From the NCBI RefSeq assembly GCF_000143415.4, contig NW_003314274.1:2028623-2092622 (forward strand): DNA of 64,000 bases, written 5' to 3'. How positions within the stretch are numbered: the stretch's first letter is position 1; each line of letters opens with the position of its first letter. The position numbers and the translations under genes are program-made. The notes below the pieces were generated by a model, which saw only the letters and a list, made by a program, of their open reading frames with translations, searched no databases and had not been told where the DNA came from. This DNA is from Selaginella moellendorffii (Eukaryota > Plantae > Lycopodiophyta). Shown here piece after piece: positions 1-11,589 of this stretch.

Positions 1-156
1 TGGTAGTATTTCATTTTTTGGCTGCATGAAAGAGCTCGAGTTTTTGCATGAAACCATTTTGAAAAATAGAAACTTTGGCTCGATCCATAGCATCTTCTGT
101 TCATGATCATTTGCAATTGAGTCTATGCTAAAACTATTCTTTCTTCCCTTTGGCAG

Positions 157-839
157 ACTTCAGCAATACAAACTCGCGGAAATGAAACTGCTAGCGCAAA
201 GAAGAGACCTTCAGGTACTTTGTAAGTGTGATCTTTGCACTGCCCGACTGTGGAAGATCGCTGGTTCCTAAAATTGCTGTTTCAGGCTAAAATTCCAGAC
301 ATAAAGAAATGCCTGGATATCGTCGAGGCACTGTTGAGCAAGAAGAGTTCAGGCGAGGTATAAGATGATAGTATGTTTCCTCCATCGAAAATCTAATTTT
401 CTTCTACGTTCAGGAACCAATGACGGTGGATTTCGAGCTAGCCGAAGGGATCTACTCGCAAGCGCGTGTAGACGATGGAGACTCCGTTTGTTTGTGGCTG
501 GGTGCCAATGTGATGCTCGAATACTCATACGACGAGGTAAAGATCTCGTTTTTCATCTTCTTCCCTTTGATCAATCTTCCATTTGTGTTTCTTAGGCACT
601 GTTGCTCTTAAAGAAGAACCTGGAGAACGCAAACTCCAGCCTTGAGGCAATCATCGAAGATCTCAAGTTCATACGAGACCAAGTTACCGTGACCGAGGTA
701 TTTCTCTTCCAAAAATCGTTTGTTTCTCCTTAGCTTTGTGAATCTCAAGCTTATCACTGGAACTTAGGTGACAATCGCGAGAGTGTACAATTGGGATGTA
801 CATAACCGCCGCAAGTCAAAACAAAAGGACGAGCCCTGA
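157..839 (+). CDS. PFD3: Prefoldin subunit 3 (VBP1-like), 3' exons; start lies upstream of the window
   Basis: GT-AG spliced exons 157-214, 286-357, ~413-536, 596-697 and 768-839 give [11 protein letters not shown]..., [43 protein letters not shown] and [17 protein letters not shown], the prefoldin-3 signature. TGA at 837-839. Confidence 0.93.
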
Positions 840-1112
840 AGAACACACCGTTAAAATTCTTTGGGATTTGAGATAGTTAAATTCGACGGTTATGCTTTGT
901 CCACGTGTGGCTGGTGTTCTAAGTTTTTAGGGCTCTTGGAGCGAGCGGATGCCCCACGGCCGGGATGGATGCGCAGATTCGATCTAATCCCCGGTGAAAT
1001 CCCTCGAAATCTCGCCTCTCCAGCGGCAAGAATCTCGATATTTCGGTGAGATTTCTCTTCTTTTCGCGATCATCGTTCTAGAACGCTCTTGATTCCTCTG
1101 GCAGCGGCAAGA

Positions 1113-2204
1113 ATGCATGGCGCGAGCGATAGAGGAAGAGGAGGAGGCGAGGAGGACGAGGACGAGGAAGAGAGCCAGCAGCAGCTTTTGATCCCTGGCT
1201 TGCCGGACGATCTGGCGATGCGATGCCTAGCCCGGGCGGCTCGGCAGGATCACAGCGCCCTGAGGTCCGTGTGCCGGCGATGGTGCCAAATCTTCACCAG
1301 CGAGCAGCTGCCAGCGCTGCGGCGGGGGTTGGGCGTGGTGGAGGGATGGCTCTACGCTCTCAGCAGGGACAAGTCGGAGTGCCTTTCCTGGCACGTCTTG
1401 GATCCCTCCAAGCGCAAGTGGATGGAGCTGCCGCGATTGCCCGAGGATCTGGCAGGGAAATTCGGCCTCACTTGCGCGGTGCTGGGCCGGGAGCTCTTCG
1501 TCATGGGTGGCTGTGATAAGTACGAAGAGCCCACCGCCGAGGTGTGGCGATACGACGCTCTCAAGAACAGATGGTCCGGGGCTCCACGCATGGAAGTCGC
1601 GCGATGCCACTTCGTCAGCGGCTCCTCCAGCGATCGTCTCTACGCGATCGGTGGCATGGGACTAGTTTCGGGAGCTCTCACTTCGTGGGAGATTTTCGAC
1701 AAGGAGAAGAACCACTGGTCGCTCTACAACGATCCAAACATCGTCTCGGACTTGGGCGAGTCGCTGGTGCTGGACGGAAGGATTTACGTGCGGCATGCCA
1801 GCCCGGGGATCATTCCGCCATTCTACGCCGCGGTGTATGATCCACAGGCGAATGCGTGGGACGCTCTCGACAATCAAATGACCCGGCAGTGGTGTGGCCC
1901 GGCTGTGGCAGTCGGGGGCGACGTTTACATGCTCGACCAGACTCTGGGGATCAAGCTCATGGTGCTCAACAGGGCTACTGGGGAATGGAACACGGTTGGC
2001 AGGCTTTCTCCTCATTCCATTCGGACTCCTTGCCGGATCGCCGCTGTTGGGAAGAACCTATATGTTGTAGGACGCGGGCTCAAGACCATGGTCTTGAACT
2101 TAGAGGAGGCAGGGAAGCACAGGGGGCTGCTGGTGACTTCTTCCATAGAAGGGCTTCGGTCAGTGGACGATGTAGTTGTGAGCTGCAACGTCATTGAGCT
2201 CTAG
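1113..2204 (+). CDS. F-box/kelch-repeat protein (intronless)
   Basis: LIPGLPDDLAMRCLAR F-box motif followed by kelch repeats (LFVMGG, VWRYD..NRWS..PRM..ARCHF, LYAIGG). First ATG at 1113. Confidence 0.93.
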   Translation: MHGASDRGRGGGEEDEDEEESQQQLLIPGLPDDLAMRCLARAARQDHSALRSVCRRWCQIFTSEQLPALRRGLGVVEGWLYALSRDKSECLSWHVLDPSKRKWMELPRLPEDLAGKFGLTCAVLGRELFVMGGCDKYEEPTAEVWRYDALKNRWSGAPRMEVARCHFVSGSSSDRLYAIGGMGLVSGALTSWEIFDKEKNHWSLYNDPNIVSDLGESLVLDGRIYVRHASPGIIPPFYAAVYDPQANAWDALDNQMTRQWCGPAVAVGGDVYMLDQTLGIKLMVLNRATGEWNTVGRLSPHSIRTPCRIAAVGKNLYVVGRGLKTMVLNLEEAGKHRGLLVTSSIEGLRSVDDVVVSCNVIEL

Positions 2205-3088
2205 AGGTTTAGATTACAGGTAGAGGGGAAAACGCAGGACACTTGCGACACAGGTTCAGGTTATCACCGCAGGAAGGGAAACATGGATTCTTACCACTTC
2301 GATGGCTATCAGGCGAAGCGAAGCCACTCGACAATTTATATACAAGTATGGTGGTCTTCTTCGGGATTGTGGGGTTATACTGGAGGGCGACGAGTTCATG
2401 AGAAGCGGGTCAGGTTTCTGGGGAACTTTTTGGTAGAAGTGTGATCGCTTGGAGGAGTTTTGGACAGGATGCGAACGAAAATGTAATGGCTTCTGTCTGG
2501 CTCCGGCTCTTGGGAAGTGTCACTCCATCAATCTCGGCTCTTTAGAAGCGGTCTTTGGGAAAGCTTGGGCCAGAGATGCCAACAGGTTCTTGGACGACGA
2601 GCAGGAACAGGTTCTTGTAGACGCGTGTGGAAGCCTTGGATGACTAGCAGCAGAGGCGAGAGCTGTGCATGGTGTGGATCATAGCTCCGTGCGTCACTTC
2701 GTCACCATGTCACGAGCTCTATGACGCGTTCTACGTTACACAGGCTATCGGTGAGATCGACCGAGAAGCTCTCGAGCTTCATGGATAAAGTTTTATGCAA
2801 GCTAAAGCTTTCTGAAACCATGGGATCGTCGTTAACGCTGGTGGCCTTCAGATGATCGCTTTTGGAAATAAGCTTTCAATTAATTTATTGGTCAAAACCA
2901 AATTTGGAAATATACCCGTTTGAAATACCTTTAAGCCCTAATCTCTTAGGGCTCTTCTCCTCTTCGCGATGGACGAAGAGGAGGTAGGGGCGAGCAGGAA
3001 GGGCTGGATTCTGGCGCTGGACGCGGCGGAATCACGGATTTCTGAGGTGCGTCCGGAAATGCAGCGAAATCGCCGTACGCGGCCTTTG

Positions 3089-3145
3089 CGTCTTGGATCC
3101 GTCCAAGCTGAAATGGATGGAGCTTCCGCGACTATTCAAGGATCT
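3089..3145 (+). pseudogene. Fragment copied from the upstream F-box/kelch gene
   Basis: About 47/57 nt ungapped identity to 1394-1450 (VLDPSKxKWMELPRL). Confidence 0.75.
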
Positions 3146-3162
3146 TCGTGCTGGGCTTGGCC

Positions 3163-4884
3163 ATGACTCTCAAGCGCTGCCAAGGCATTGAGCTCTACTG
3201 CAGAGAACTATGTCTCACTCACCACGGGAAGGAAAGGCGTGGATTCTTGCTTCTTCGGTGGCTGTCAAGCGATGCGAGGCCGCTGGACAACTTGGACAAG
3301 TACGCCATTCTTCTTCGCGAGTGTGGCACACTCGGGGACTACGCCAGTGGCAGGCGGCTTCACGAGAAGCTGGTGCAAGAGGGGCTTTTCGGAAGATTTC
3401 TGGGGAATCTCTTGGTGGAGATGTATGGCAAGTGTGGCAGCCTGGAGGAGGCGCGAGCGGTCTTCAACAGGATACGCACGAAGAACGTCTTTACGTGGAA
3501 TCTCATGGCCGGTGTCTACACGCAAAATGGCCGCGACAGGGAAGCTCTCCGGCTCTACAGGGAGATGTGCGTGGAAGGAGTCGCAGCCGACGACTTCACC
3601 ATCTTGGCCGTGCTCGCGGCCTGCGCGAATCTCCGCTGCTTGAAAGCTGGAAGAGCGGTTCTTGAGAGCATCAGAGGAAGCCGGATGATCCTGGAGAACT
3701 CGCTGGTGGGAAGCTCGATCGTTAGCATGCTTGGGAAGTGTGGCAGCGTCGCGGATGCCAAGAGTTTCTTCGACGACGAGCTCTCCAGCAAGAGCACGGG
3801 CTCCTGGAACGCGATGCTTGCAGCGTACTCGCAGAACTGTTTCGGAGCCGAGGCCATTCTTGTCTTCCGATCCATGCTGCTCGAGGGTGCGAAAGCGGAC
3901 AGTGTGACTTTCGTGAGCGCCTGTAGAAGCATTGGAAGTCTAGCGATGGCGAGAGCTTTGCATGGAGTTGCCCGTAGCGGCGGCCTGGAGAGCGATTCTA
4001 TCGTCGGGAACGCGCTGGTGAGCATGTATGGGAGATGCAAGAGCTGCGAGGATTCGAGGAACGTCTTCGACCGGCTAGTGGTGAGGAACATCGTCTCCTG
4101 GACTGCGATGATCTCGGCCTATGGACAGTGCGGCCATCACCGAGAAGCGCTGGAGCTCTTCGAGGCGATGGACTGCGAGCCGGACAGGGTAGTGCTTGCC
4201 AGCGTCCTGGATTCCTGCGGCAGCCTCTGCGATCTGGATTCCGGGAGGAGGATTCACGAGCGCTACTGCAAGGCGCTGGAGGAGAAGTCCGTCCAGATTG
4301 GAAACGCGCTGGTGGAGTTCTACGCTAAGTGTGGAGCTGTGGAAGACGCTGTGAGATCCTTCGAGAGGATGGCTTCCAGGGACGTCCAGTCGTGGAGCTC
4401 GATGATCGCAGCGTACTCCCAGAGCGATCGCGGCGATCCATCATCGTCATCGCCATCGGCAGTGAGCTTGTTCTTCCGGATGGCGCTCGAGGGAGTGAGC
4501 CCAAACGAATTCGTGCTCACGCACGTCCTCGACGCTTGCAGCCATCTGGGACTGGAGTCGCGAGCTCGCGGCTTGCTGGGTTCCATGGCCGAGGATCACA
4601 GCATCGCCGCGAGCGTGGAGCACTACGGCTGCTTCGTCGATCTGCTGGGACGATTGGGCGAGCTGGATCGAGCGCAGGAGGCGATCGAGCTCTTGCCTTT
4701 CCAGGCCGACGCCGTGATGTGGATCATTCTTCTCAGCGCTTGCATCGTCCATGGCGATGTGGAGCGAGGAGCTCTAGTCGCTGCTCGAATCACTCGGCTG
4801 GATGATGACGGCGCTAGCGCGAGCGCGTGCTTCGTTTTGGCGGCAAATTCCTTCTCCATTAAAGAGTTAATTGTGATTAATTAG
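3163..4884 (+). CDS. PLS-class pentatricopeptide repeat protein with a truncated E region and no DYW domain
   Basis: Repeated GNxLVxMYGKCGSLEEARAVF and VSWTAMISAYGQ motifs, and a C-terminal EHYGCFVDLLGRLG..WIILLSAC..HGD. Intronless ORF. Confidence 0.92.
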   Translation: MTLKRCQGIELYCRELCLTHHGKERRGFLLLRWLSSDARPLDNLDKYAILLRECGTLGDYASGRRLHEKLVQEGLFGRFLGNLLVEMYGKCGSLEEARAVFNRIRTKNVFTWNLMAGVYTQNGRDREALRLYREMCVEGVAADDFTILAVLAACANLRCLKAGRAVLESIRGSRMILENSLVGSSIVSMLGKCGSVADAKSFFDDELSSKSTGSWNAMLAAYSQNCFGAEAILVFRSMLLEGAKADSVTFVSACRSIGSLAMARALHGVARSGGLESDSIVGNALVSMYGRCKSCEDSRNVFDRLVVRNIVSWTAMISAYGQCGHHREALELFEAMDCEPDRVVLASVLDSCGSLCDLDSGRRIHERYCKALEEKSVQIGNALVEFYAKCGAVEDAVRSFERMASRDVQSWSSMIAAYSQSDRGDPSSSSPSAVSLFFRMALEGVSPNEFVLTHVLDACSHLGLESRARGLLGSMAEDHSIAASVEHYGCFVDLLGRLGELDRAQEAIELLPFQADAVMWIILLSACIVHGDVERGALVAARITRLDDDGASASACFVLAANSFSIKELIVIN

Positions 4885-5007
4885 AAACGTAACTAACCCG
4901 CGGCAAAAATAATTTTAGGGCTAGATTAATTTTTAAAACATTTAGATTTAGCGCTCGAATTATCCAGCATTTTAAGTAAATGCAAGTTTAGGGCACACTT
5001 TGCAAAG

Positions 5008-7181
5008 ATGTCCCCCGTCCTCTTGGGCGGCTCCAAGAAATCTTTGAGCGCCATGGAGCAGAGCTCCCGGAGGAGCAAAGCTGTGGCATCCTACTGCTTC
5101 GGCGGCCTCCTCTCGCTCTTCCTCGTCGTCCAGATCATCACCGGCGGCTTCCGTCTCATCGAGAATCCGCTCAAGGTACGTTGATCCGATCTTTCTCGCG
5201 CGCAATCGCTCCCCCTCTCGATATTCTCCCTCCGCGGCGGATTTTCTTGATCGATCCATCGCTTGATCACGGCGGCAGTTTGAACAGGTCGCGCGCGCGC
5301 GCAAGAGCACGGCGCGGATAATCTCCGGCGAACTGGATCATCTCCGATGCATCGAGGGCAGCTTGCGGCAGCTCGGGGACACTGGCATTCTCGTGGATGT
5401 GTGCCAAAATGCTGGATCTCGCGCAGCGGCTACTCTTCCCAGGGGATCAAAGGCATGATCTTTATCTTCTCTTTTCTTCCAGATCTCTGATCTCTTGGCT
5501 GTGTAGAGGGATTGCAATGTGGAGAGCTTGTGGAGTCAGCCGAATTCCAGATTCTATCAGTGTGTCGACCGCACGAATTACCAGAAAAGTAACTTCCGAT
5601 TGCTCTCTCTGTGCTTGGATCTCTAAAGGTTGTTCCCCCCTTTCTTCTTTCTTGCAGGAAGTTCTAGCGATGAGACAAATGGATACTTGATGACCTTTGC
5701 AAATGGTGGGCTCAACCAAATGAGAACTGCCGTACGTCTTCTTTAGTGTTTCTTGCTCCGTGTCCACGAATTCTATAGACTGATTTGCAGCTTTATGTAC
5801 GGGCATTGTTTAGATCTGCGATATGGTGGCAGTGGCGCGTGTGATGAACGCTACATTGGTGATTCCCGATCTCGATCATACTTCTTACTGGGATGACCCG
5901 AGGTATTTCCTTTCACTTTTCTCGCCATTTGAACTGGTTTACTTTGTTTTCTCTTTGCAGTAACTTCGAAGACATTTTTGACGTAAATCAATTCATAAAA
6001 CAGCTGCAACATGACATCAAGATCGTTAAAACACTTCCAAACGACTTTAATTCATCTGACGTTTTCCAACTTGCACCAAAATCTTGGTCGCAAGTAAGAA
6101 CTATTCATTCTGCAGCGTTCGCTGAAAATTTTATTTGTTTGCAGGTATCATACTACCAGGAAGAAATATTGCCTCTTCTTTTGAAACACAAGGTTTTGCG
6201 TTTTTCACTGACTGACTCGAGGCTGGCGAACCAAATCTCTGACGAGTTTCAAAGATTACGTTGTAGAGCCAACTACAAGGCGTTGCGGTTTGAGCCGAGC
6301 CTTCGATCTTTAGGGAACCGGATAGTCAAACGACTGCAAAAGGGAGGCTCGTATATCGCTCTACATTTGAGGTTCACCTTTACAGACCTTCTTTCCTTTT
6401 TCTAACTTTCCTTTTTCTTGGATAGATACGAGAAGGACATGCTAGCGTTTTCGGGTTGTACAGCAGGCCTCTCGTACGCAGAAGCATCCGAGCTTAGAAG
6501 AATCCGCTACAACACAAGTCGCTGGAAAGAGAAGGAGATCAACGCCGAGACTCGAAGAGCTTCTGGTGGCTGCCCTCTAACTCCACTGGAGATTGGCCTC
6601 TTACTGAGAGCCTTGGGATATCCACAGAACACGACGGTATACATCGCCGCGGGCGAGATCTATGGCGGAAGACAAAGAATGCAGTCCTTCACGGCGCTAT
6701 ATCCCAACGTCGTCACGAAAGAGACGCTCACGTCCCCCGAGGAGCTGAAGCCATTTCGGAGGTTCCAAAACAGGCTTGCAGCGCTCGACTACATGGTGGC
6801 AGTGGAGAGCGACGTGTTCATTCCAACGTTTGATGGAAACATGGCGAGAGCAGTGCAGGGACACCGAAGATTTCTCGGCCACCGCAAGACTTTGATCCCG
6901 GACAGGTAAGGCTCTTCTCTTTTAAGTGTTTGCGAGTTCTTACGAGTGATGTTCTTCGATTCTTGTGTTCCAGGACTCGTCTCGTGAGGATCTTTGATGA
7001 GTTTGAGAGGCGGGCAATCGGCTGGGACAGTGTCAAGCTCCAAGTCCAAAAGACTCATAGAAACAGGCAGGGAGAACCCCACTTTAGGAAATCGGGCTCG
7101 TCAAACGCAAAGCTCGAGGAGAGCTTTTACGCAAACCCTCTACCGGGGTGTATATGTGAGAATACAACCACGATTTGCTAG
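5008..7181 (+). CDS. O-fucosyltransferase family protein (DUF246/GT106-like), multi-exon
   Basis: N-terminal TM segment, then [79 protein letters not shown] and [11 protein letters not shown]. Confidence 0.92.
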
Positions 7182-7201
7182 CAGGGAGACGGTTGCTGGT
7201 A

Positions 7202-7290
7202 GACGGCTGGGATTGATCCTCGTGGACGGCTTGGATTGATCCTGGTGGACGGCTTTGATTGGTTTCGGACGGATGGCTTGGATTCATCCT
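7202..7290. repeat. Short tandem repeat (~23-nt unit GACGGCTTGGATTGATCCT, about 4 copies)
   Basis: Units at 7202, 7225, 7248 and 7272 in the ~150-bp gap between two genes. Confidence 0.75.
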
Positions 7291-7328
7291 TACGGAAACG
7301 GTCACATTTTCTAGGGCTTGAGAGGGCG

Positions 7329-8301
7329 ATGGTGTGTCGGAAGAAGAATGCGAGCCATGGAAGTAGCGATGGCGAGGATTGGACCGAGGGGCAGGAGGCT
7401 AGGCTCCATAATGCGCACCTCGTCGTTCGAGCGACGCCGAATTTCTGGCGCGACATCGCGAAGCTTGTGAGTTCTCGCGAAATTCTGGTGATTTGATCGA
7501 TCGCGTGCTTGCCAGGTTCCAGGGAAGACCGCGGACGAGTGCTTCCACAGATTCTACTCGGCCCATCCTACGCCACCGGTGGCGCCCCAGCAGCACGGGA
7601 GGAGGGTGTGCTTGAGCTCGCCAATTCGGCCGCTGGAAGGAAAGCTTCTGTCCCCTACCAGATTGCTACACCAGAAGCAGGCGGCGAAGATTAAAAAGGT
7701 CGGCGGGAGGAGCACGAAGGCGATCTTCCAATCGCACAGGGCTGTCCGCGAGATCCTTCGGAAGCAGCAGATCGATGACCAGGGATACGAAGAAGACGCC
7801 TTTGCTGCCCTGGAGAGCGCGGACGTTCCTTGCTGGGACAAAGCCGCTGCCTTGGTTTCCATCGCCACCCCTGCCGCTACCAAGAGAAAGAAATCAGCCA
7901 AGAAGAAAGAGGTGATCAAAGAGGTGGTGGATTCTTCCAGTGAGAGGCCCAGTTCTTCGGAGGTTCTAAGGCCAGCCTCCACCGATGGGAGGAAGCACGA
8001 GAGGTATCTGGATCTCCTCATTCGCAGGAACAAACAACCGTCACAGAGGAAAAATGCGAAGAAAGACGATCCAAGCAGCAGTGGTGGTGTTGGTGGTGAT
8101 GGTGGCTTTGGTTCAAAGCTCAAGGCGCGGCTTGGATCGAGCAAGAACTTGTCCACTGCCAAGTCCGCGGTGATTGCCAGCGCAAGGGACGTACTGGAAC
8201 AGATACGTGAGAGAAGATCATCTTCCTCCACGGCCACAGAATTAGACCGCGATAGAGACTCGGGATCATGCTCTGACGCGAGCGACTTGGACGATTTCTA
8301 G
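7329..8301 (+). CDS. SANT/Myb-like (homeodomain-like) protein, 2 exons
   Basis: ATG at 7329, intron 7467-7515. The joined sequence WTEGQEARLHNAHLVVRATPNFWRDIAKL|VPGKTADECFHRF is a SANT-type helix-turn-helix, in frame with ORF 7579-8301. Confidence 0.82.
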
Positions 8302-8458
8302 AGACCCATGCGTACAGGTTCGTCACCATTCTTTTTTCTTGAGCTCTTCACCAGTGATTCACTTCTTTCAGATTTGTGATCGTTAGTAGGGGAAGTTTTT
8401 GCGACAAAGATTTTGGGAAGAAACGAATCCCATCCAAACAAAAGTGGCCGCTCTCTTT

Positions 8459-10121
8459 CTACTCGGCGGCTTTAGGAAGAACTATATCCTCCGGGCCCAG
8501 CTCCAAGTCCGTGTCGATCGTCGGCCCATACGAGTGGATCCTCTTGAAGTTCCAGTGGTCAGTCGGGAGTGGCTCCGAGAACCACGACTGGAATTCCTCG
8601 TCCCACCGCTGCTCGACCTGTCCAACCGCGAAGTAATTTATGGGAAACGTGAGCGGCGACCGAACTCCATCCGTGTGCCGTGGGATTTTCTTATCCTGCG
8701 CGCGCGAAGTTAGAACAAATCAGTCGCAACAAAGGAAAGAGACAAGAAGAAACAACGAGAGCTATACATACCAGTAAGAACGCCATCACGGTTTCTAGGA
8801 AACGATCCTCGTCCATCTTTGCGGCCTCGGGATAAATCCGTCCCATAATCACGCGGTGCCTATGCACAGCGATGTTAGAAATGTCAATAAAACAACCAGT
8901 CACAGTACCTCGTTTCCTTGTTGTCGTGAGTTACGAGTATGTCGTACATCCATCCGCCGTTTGTGACGAACTTGCTCTCGTAGTACACGTCGAATGTTAT
9001 CTCTCGATCGTCGGGCGTCTTGACGGAACAAGCCACTCGTTTCGAAGATTCCTCCTCGCGGGCTTTGGCAGCGGCGGCCAGTTCCTCGGGTGTTTGATCT
9101 TTCGACTAGAGTGACTTCACAACGTAAGCTTTTTTTTTTTCTGTGTAGAAAAGGAAAAACTTACTGGCAGGATGTCACACTTTCCCTCTGCGAGCAAGTC
9201 CGGGTTGTAGACCATCTGTTTTGCCGAATACCAACGAAAGATTAGTGAAGTTTTAAGGCGAACGCTTCTGGAGAAACTCTACCTCTTCCAGGACGCCTTT
9301 ATCGAACAAAATTTGTTTGAGCGTCTTGGCTCTATCAGCCGCCGCCGCCGCCTTCCCTCTGTCGGAAATGGATCCAGCGTCGACGGGCTGCTCCCACAGG
9401 TTTCTCTGTGTAATATCTGCGTTTCCCCTTGGAATGCTCCCAAGCTCGTTCACCCACTAGAAAAATGAAAAAAAAAAGCGATCATGCATCAATCTTGTTA
9501 TAGCAACTTCTAGCATACGTACCTGTTGTCTCACAGCGAGCATTTTCTGCTGATCAAGCACCGGCAAGTGGAACACCTTGTAAAAGTGGCAAAGCTCCGG
9601 ACGCCTTCCGATGAGAGTTCTAAGAGAGTTCCTGATATCCTTGGAGAAACCAATGTACTGAACCCTGTTGTTGTTGTCAATTACGGCAAAAATGGTAGCC
9701 GCAGTGTCGGGATCCACTGGTGGCTGAATTCTTCCATCCTTGTTGACATAGGGGCAGAGCGGCAGGTCTTTGAGAGGAGTGACGGCTTCCGTTGTAGCAG
9801 CCGTTGTAGAAGCTGAGAGTGCTACTACAGCAGCAATGCAGCTTGATCTGGCTCGAGACAGACCCCGCCGTGGCGCATAAATCTGCCATTTGCAAAGTGA
9901 ATGGCTGGCGTTGCTACCTTGCTTCAGAAATCCCAGATGAGCAATTCTTGCTGAATCTGGAAACGATTGGAGCTGAGCTGACGTTTGTGACACAGCACCA
10001 TTTTGCAGGGAGATTGAAGCCTGGTACAAGGAACAGATTAAAGAGAGCTCCTTAAGAGAGTCTGGAAAGCTAGAGATTTTGAGATCGGAGAACTCACCGT
10101 TGTTGCGGCAACAGCAGCCAT
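8459..10121 (-). CDS. Probable plastid protein with a GIY-YIG-like (GRXS16 N-terminal type) domain and an unassigned C-terminal domain, multi-exon
   Basis: MAAVAATT|ASISLQ transit-like start, then TIFAVIDNNNRVQYIGFSKDIRNSLRTLIGRRPELCHFYKV. Downstream exons MVYNPDLLAEGKCDILP, KFVTNGGWMYDILVTHDNKETR|HRVIMG and FPINYFAVGQVEQRW...KAAE*. Confidence 0.75.
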
Positions 10122-11012
10122 GAGCTGAGGGACAGTCGCTTTGGCCTTTACTCATATCTTCCGGTGGAAATATCTACTTGACTTCCCTTATCAGGATAGA
10201 ATAGATCTTCACCATCCACGGATTCCGAATCAGGTATCCAGGCCGTCCAAACTACACGTTTGTCACTCGTAGGAACCGTTCTGGAGAAAAGAGGTGTTAC
10301 GGAATTAGACGAATTTCTAACAAAGCTTACTTCCAGAAGAGAAGTTTCTCAAACTCGAACCAGATAAAACGAAGGCGTGGCAATGAGAATGGGAGAACCA
10401 ATCTGCAAAGCACAAAAAAGACTTTCACTTTGACCCGAACACAAGAACGGAGGAACGACGGTTGACACGGTCTGGCGCTCATCCTCGAGCTTAATCGTCA
10501 AGTCAGGAACAGATCATTCTAAACAAAAGCACAGTCAACCCAACGCCAAAGACATGAGCCTTGACAGCGTCAAAGCACGAGCTTGCTTTCGTTTAAAAGT
10601 ACCTGGAGTGGTATAAAAAGATCGCTCGTTGTTCCTCTCCTCTCCCAGCTTTGACATTTTCCTCCTGTTTCAATCAGCGGAAAATCGGATAAGTCTCGAG
10701 GAAGAAGTAAAAAACAAGCGCAGCATCGATCAATTCAAAGCAATTCCGGCAAAAGCACAGCTCAAAAGTTTCGAGAGGCAATGATAGTCAACCCCACAGC
10801 CCACAAAGTACAAAGAAAGGAGAACAGTCTTGGTCCAGCGTGTTTGACAATTTTTAACGCGCGATCTTCCGCTTCGACGTGTTCAAAGAGGTGTCTTGAC
10901 CGGAGTCCAGTGATCACAGCTATAAGTACGAGGAGAAGAAGAAAAGCTTCTCCTTCATCGTAAAGATTGGACCAGCCAAGAGCCAGCCAGCCCAATCCAC
11001 GAAAAAATTCTA

Positions 11013-11032
11013 AGAGAGAGAGAGAGAGAGAG
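11013..11032. repeat. (AG)10 microsatellite
   Basis: Seen directly in the sequence. Confidence 0.95.
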
Positions 11033-11589
11033 TAGCAAGCGAGAGAGCCAAAAAGAAAAGAAAAAATACACGATGATGTCAGGAGGGAGTCACGAAGAAT
11101 AAACAAAGAGCAAAGAAGGAACCGCTGCTTACCTATTTCTTCTCTCCAAAATCCATATTTCTATCCTGCGAGCGAGGCACGAGAGATTCCACTGCACGAC
11201 TCGCCAAATTGGAGTGGAGGAGGAGCCGCCAGCTTGAATCGGCTGTGATCTCTGTCACATTGGCGAGATTATCGATTCTTCTAGCTCCGCCGCGCCGTCG
11301 CCAGCGTGATCCATCCCTGCATTCGCTCGTCCCAGAGGAGAAGCCCCCAAAATTTGTGCTCGCATAGCTAGGGTTAGGGTTTTGGAGGAGGGGGATGGAG
11401 AATGTGAAGCACCAGCGGCATCGCCATCGCCAGTCGCCATTCCCGGGAGCTGGCGATTTGCGGGTAAATTCCTCGTGAGAGCGAGCGAGCGAGCGAGCTA
11501 GCGATAGATGATTCTCTTCACTGTCGGGAAGCGCCAGCGGTAGATTCGTGGCGTAGCTACAGGGAAAAAAAGTAAGAAATTCTCGCGCA

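Noticed and set aside
2240-2860. Additional kelch pseudogene
   Set aside because: Only ~10-nt matches (e.g. CACTTCGTCA) to the upstream gene, which is not enough by eye.
11368-11385. Telomerase RNA template or telomeric repeat
   Set aside because: Single telo-box motifs recur near several promoters in this window; there is no array and no Pol III USE/TATA context.
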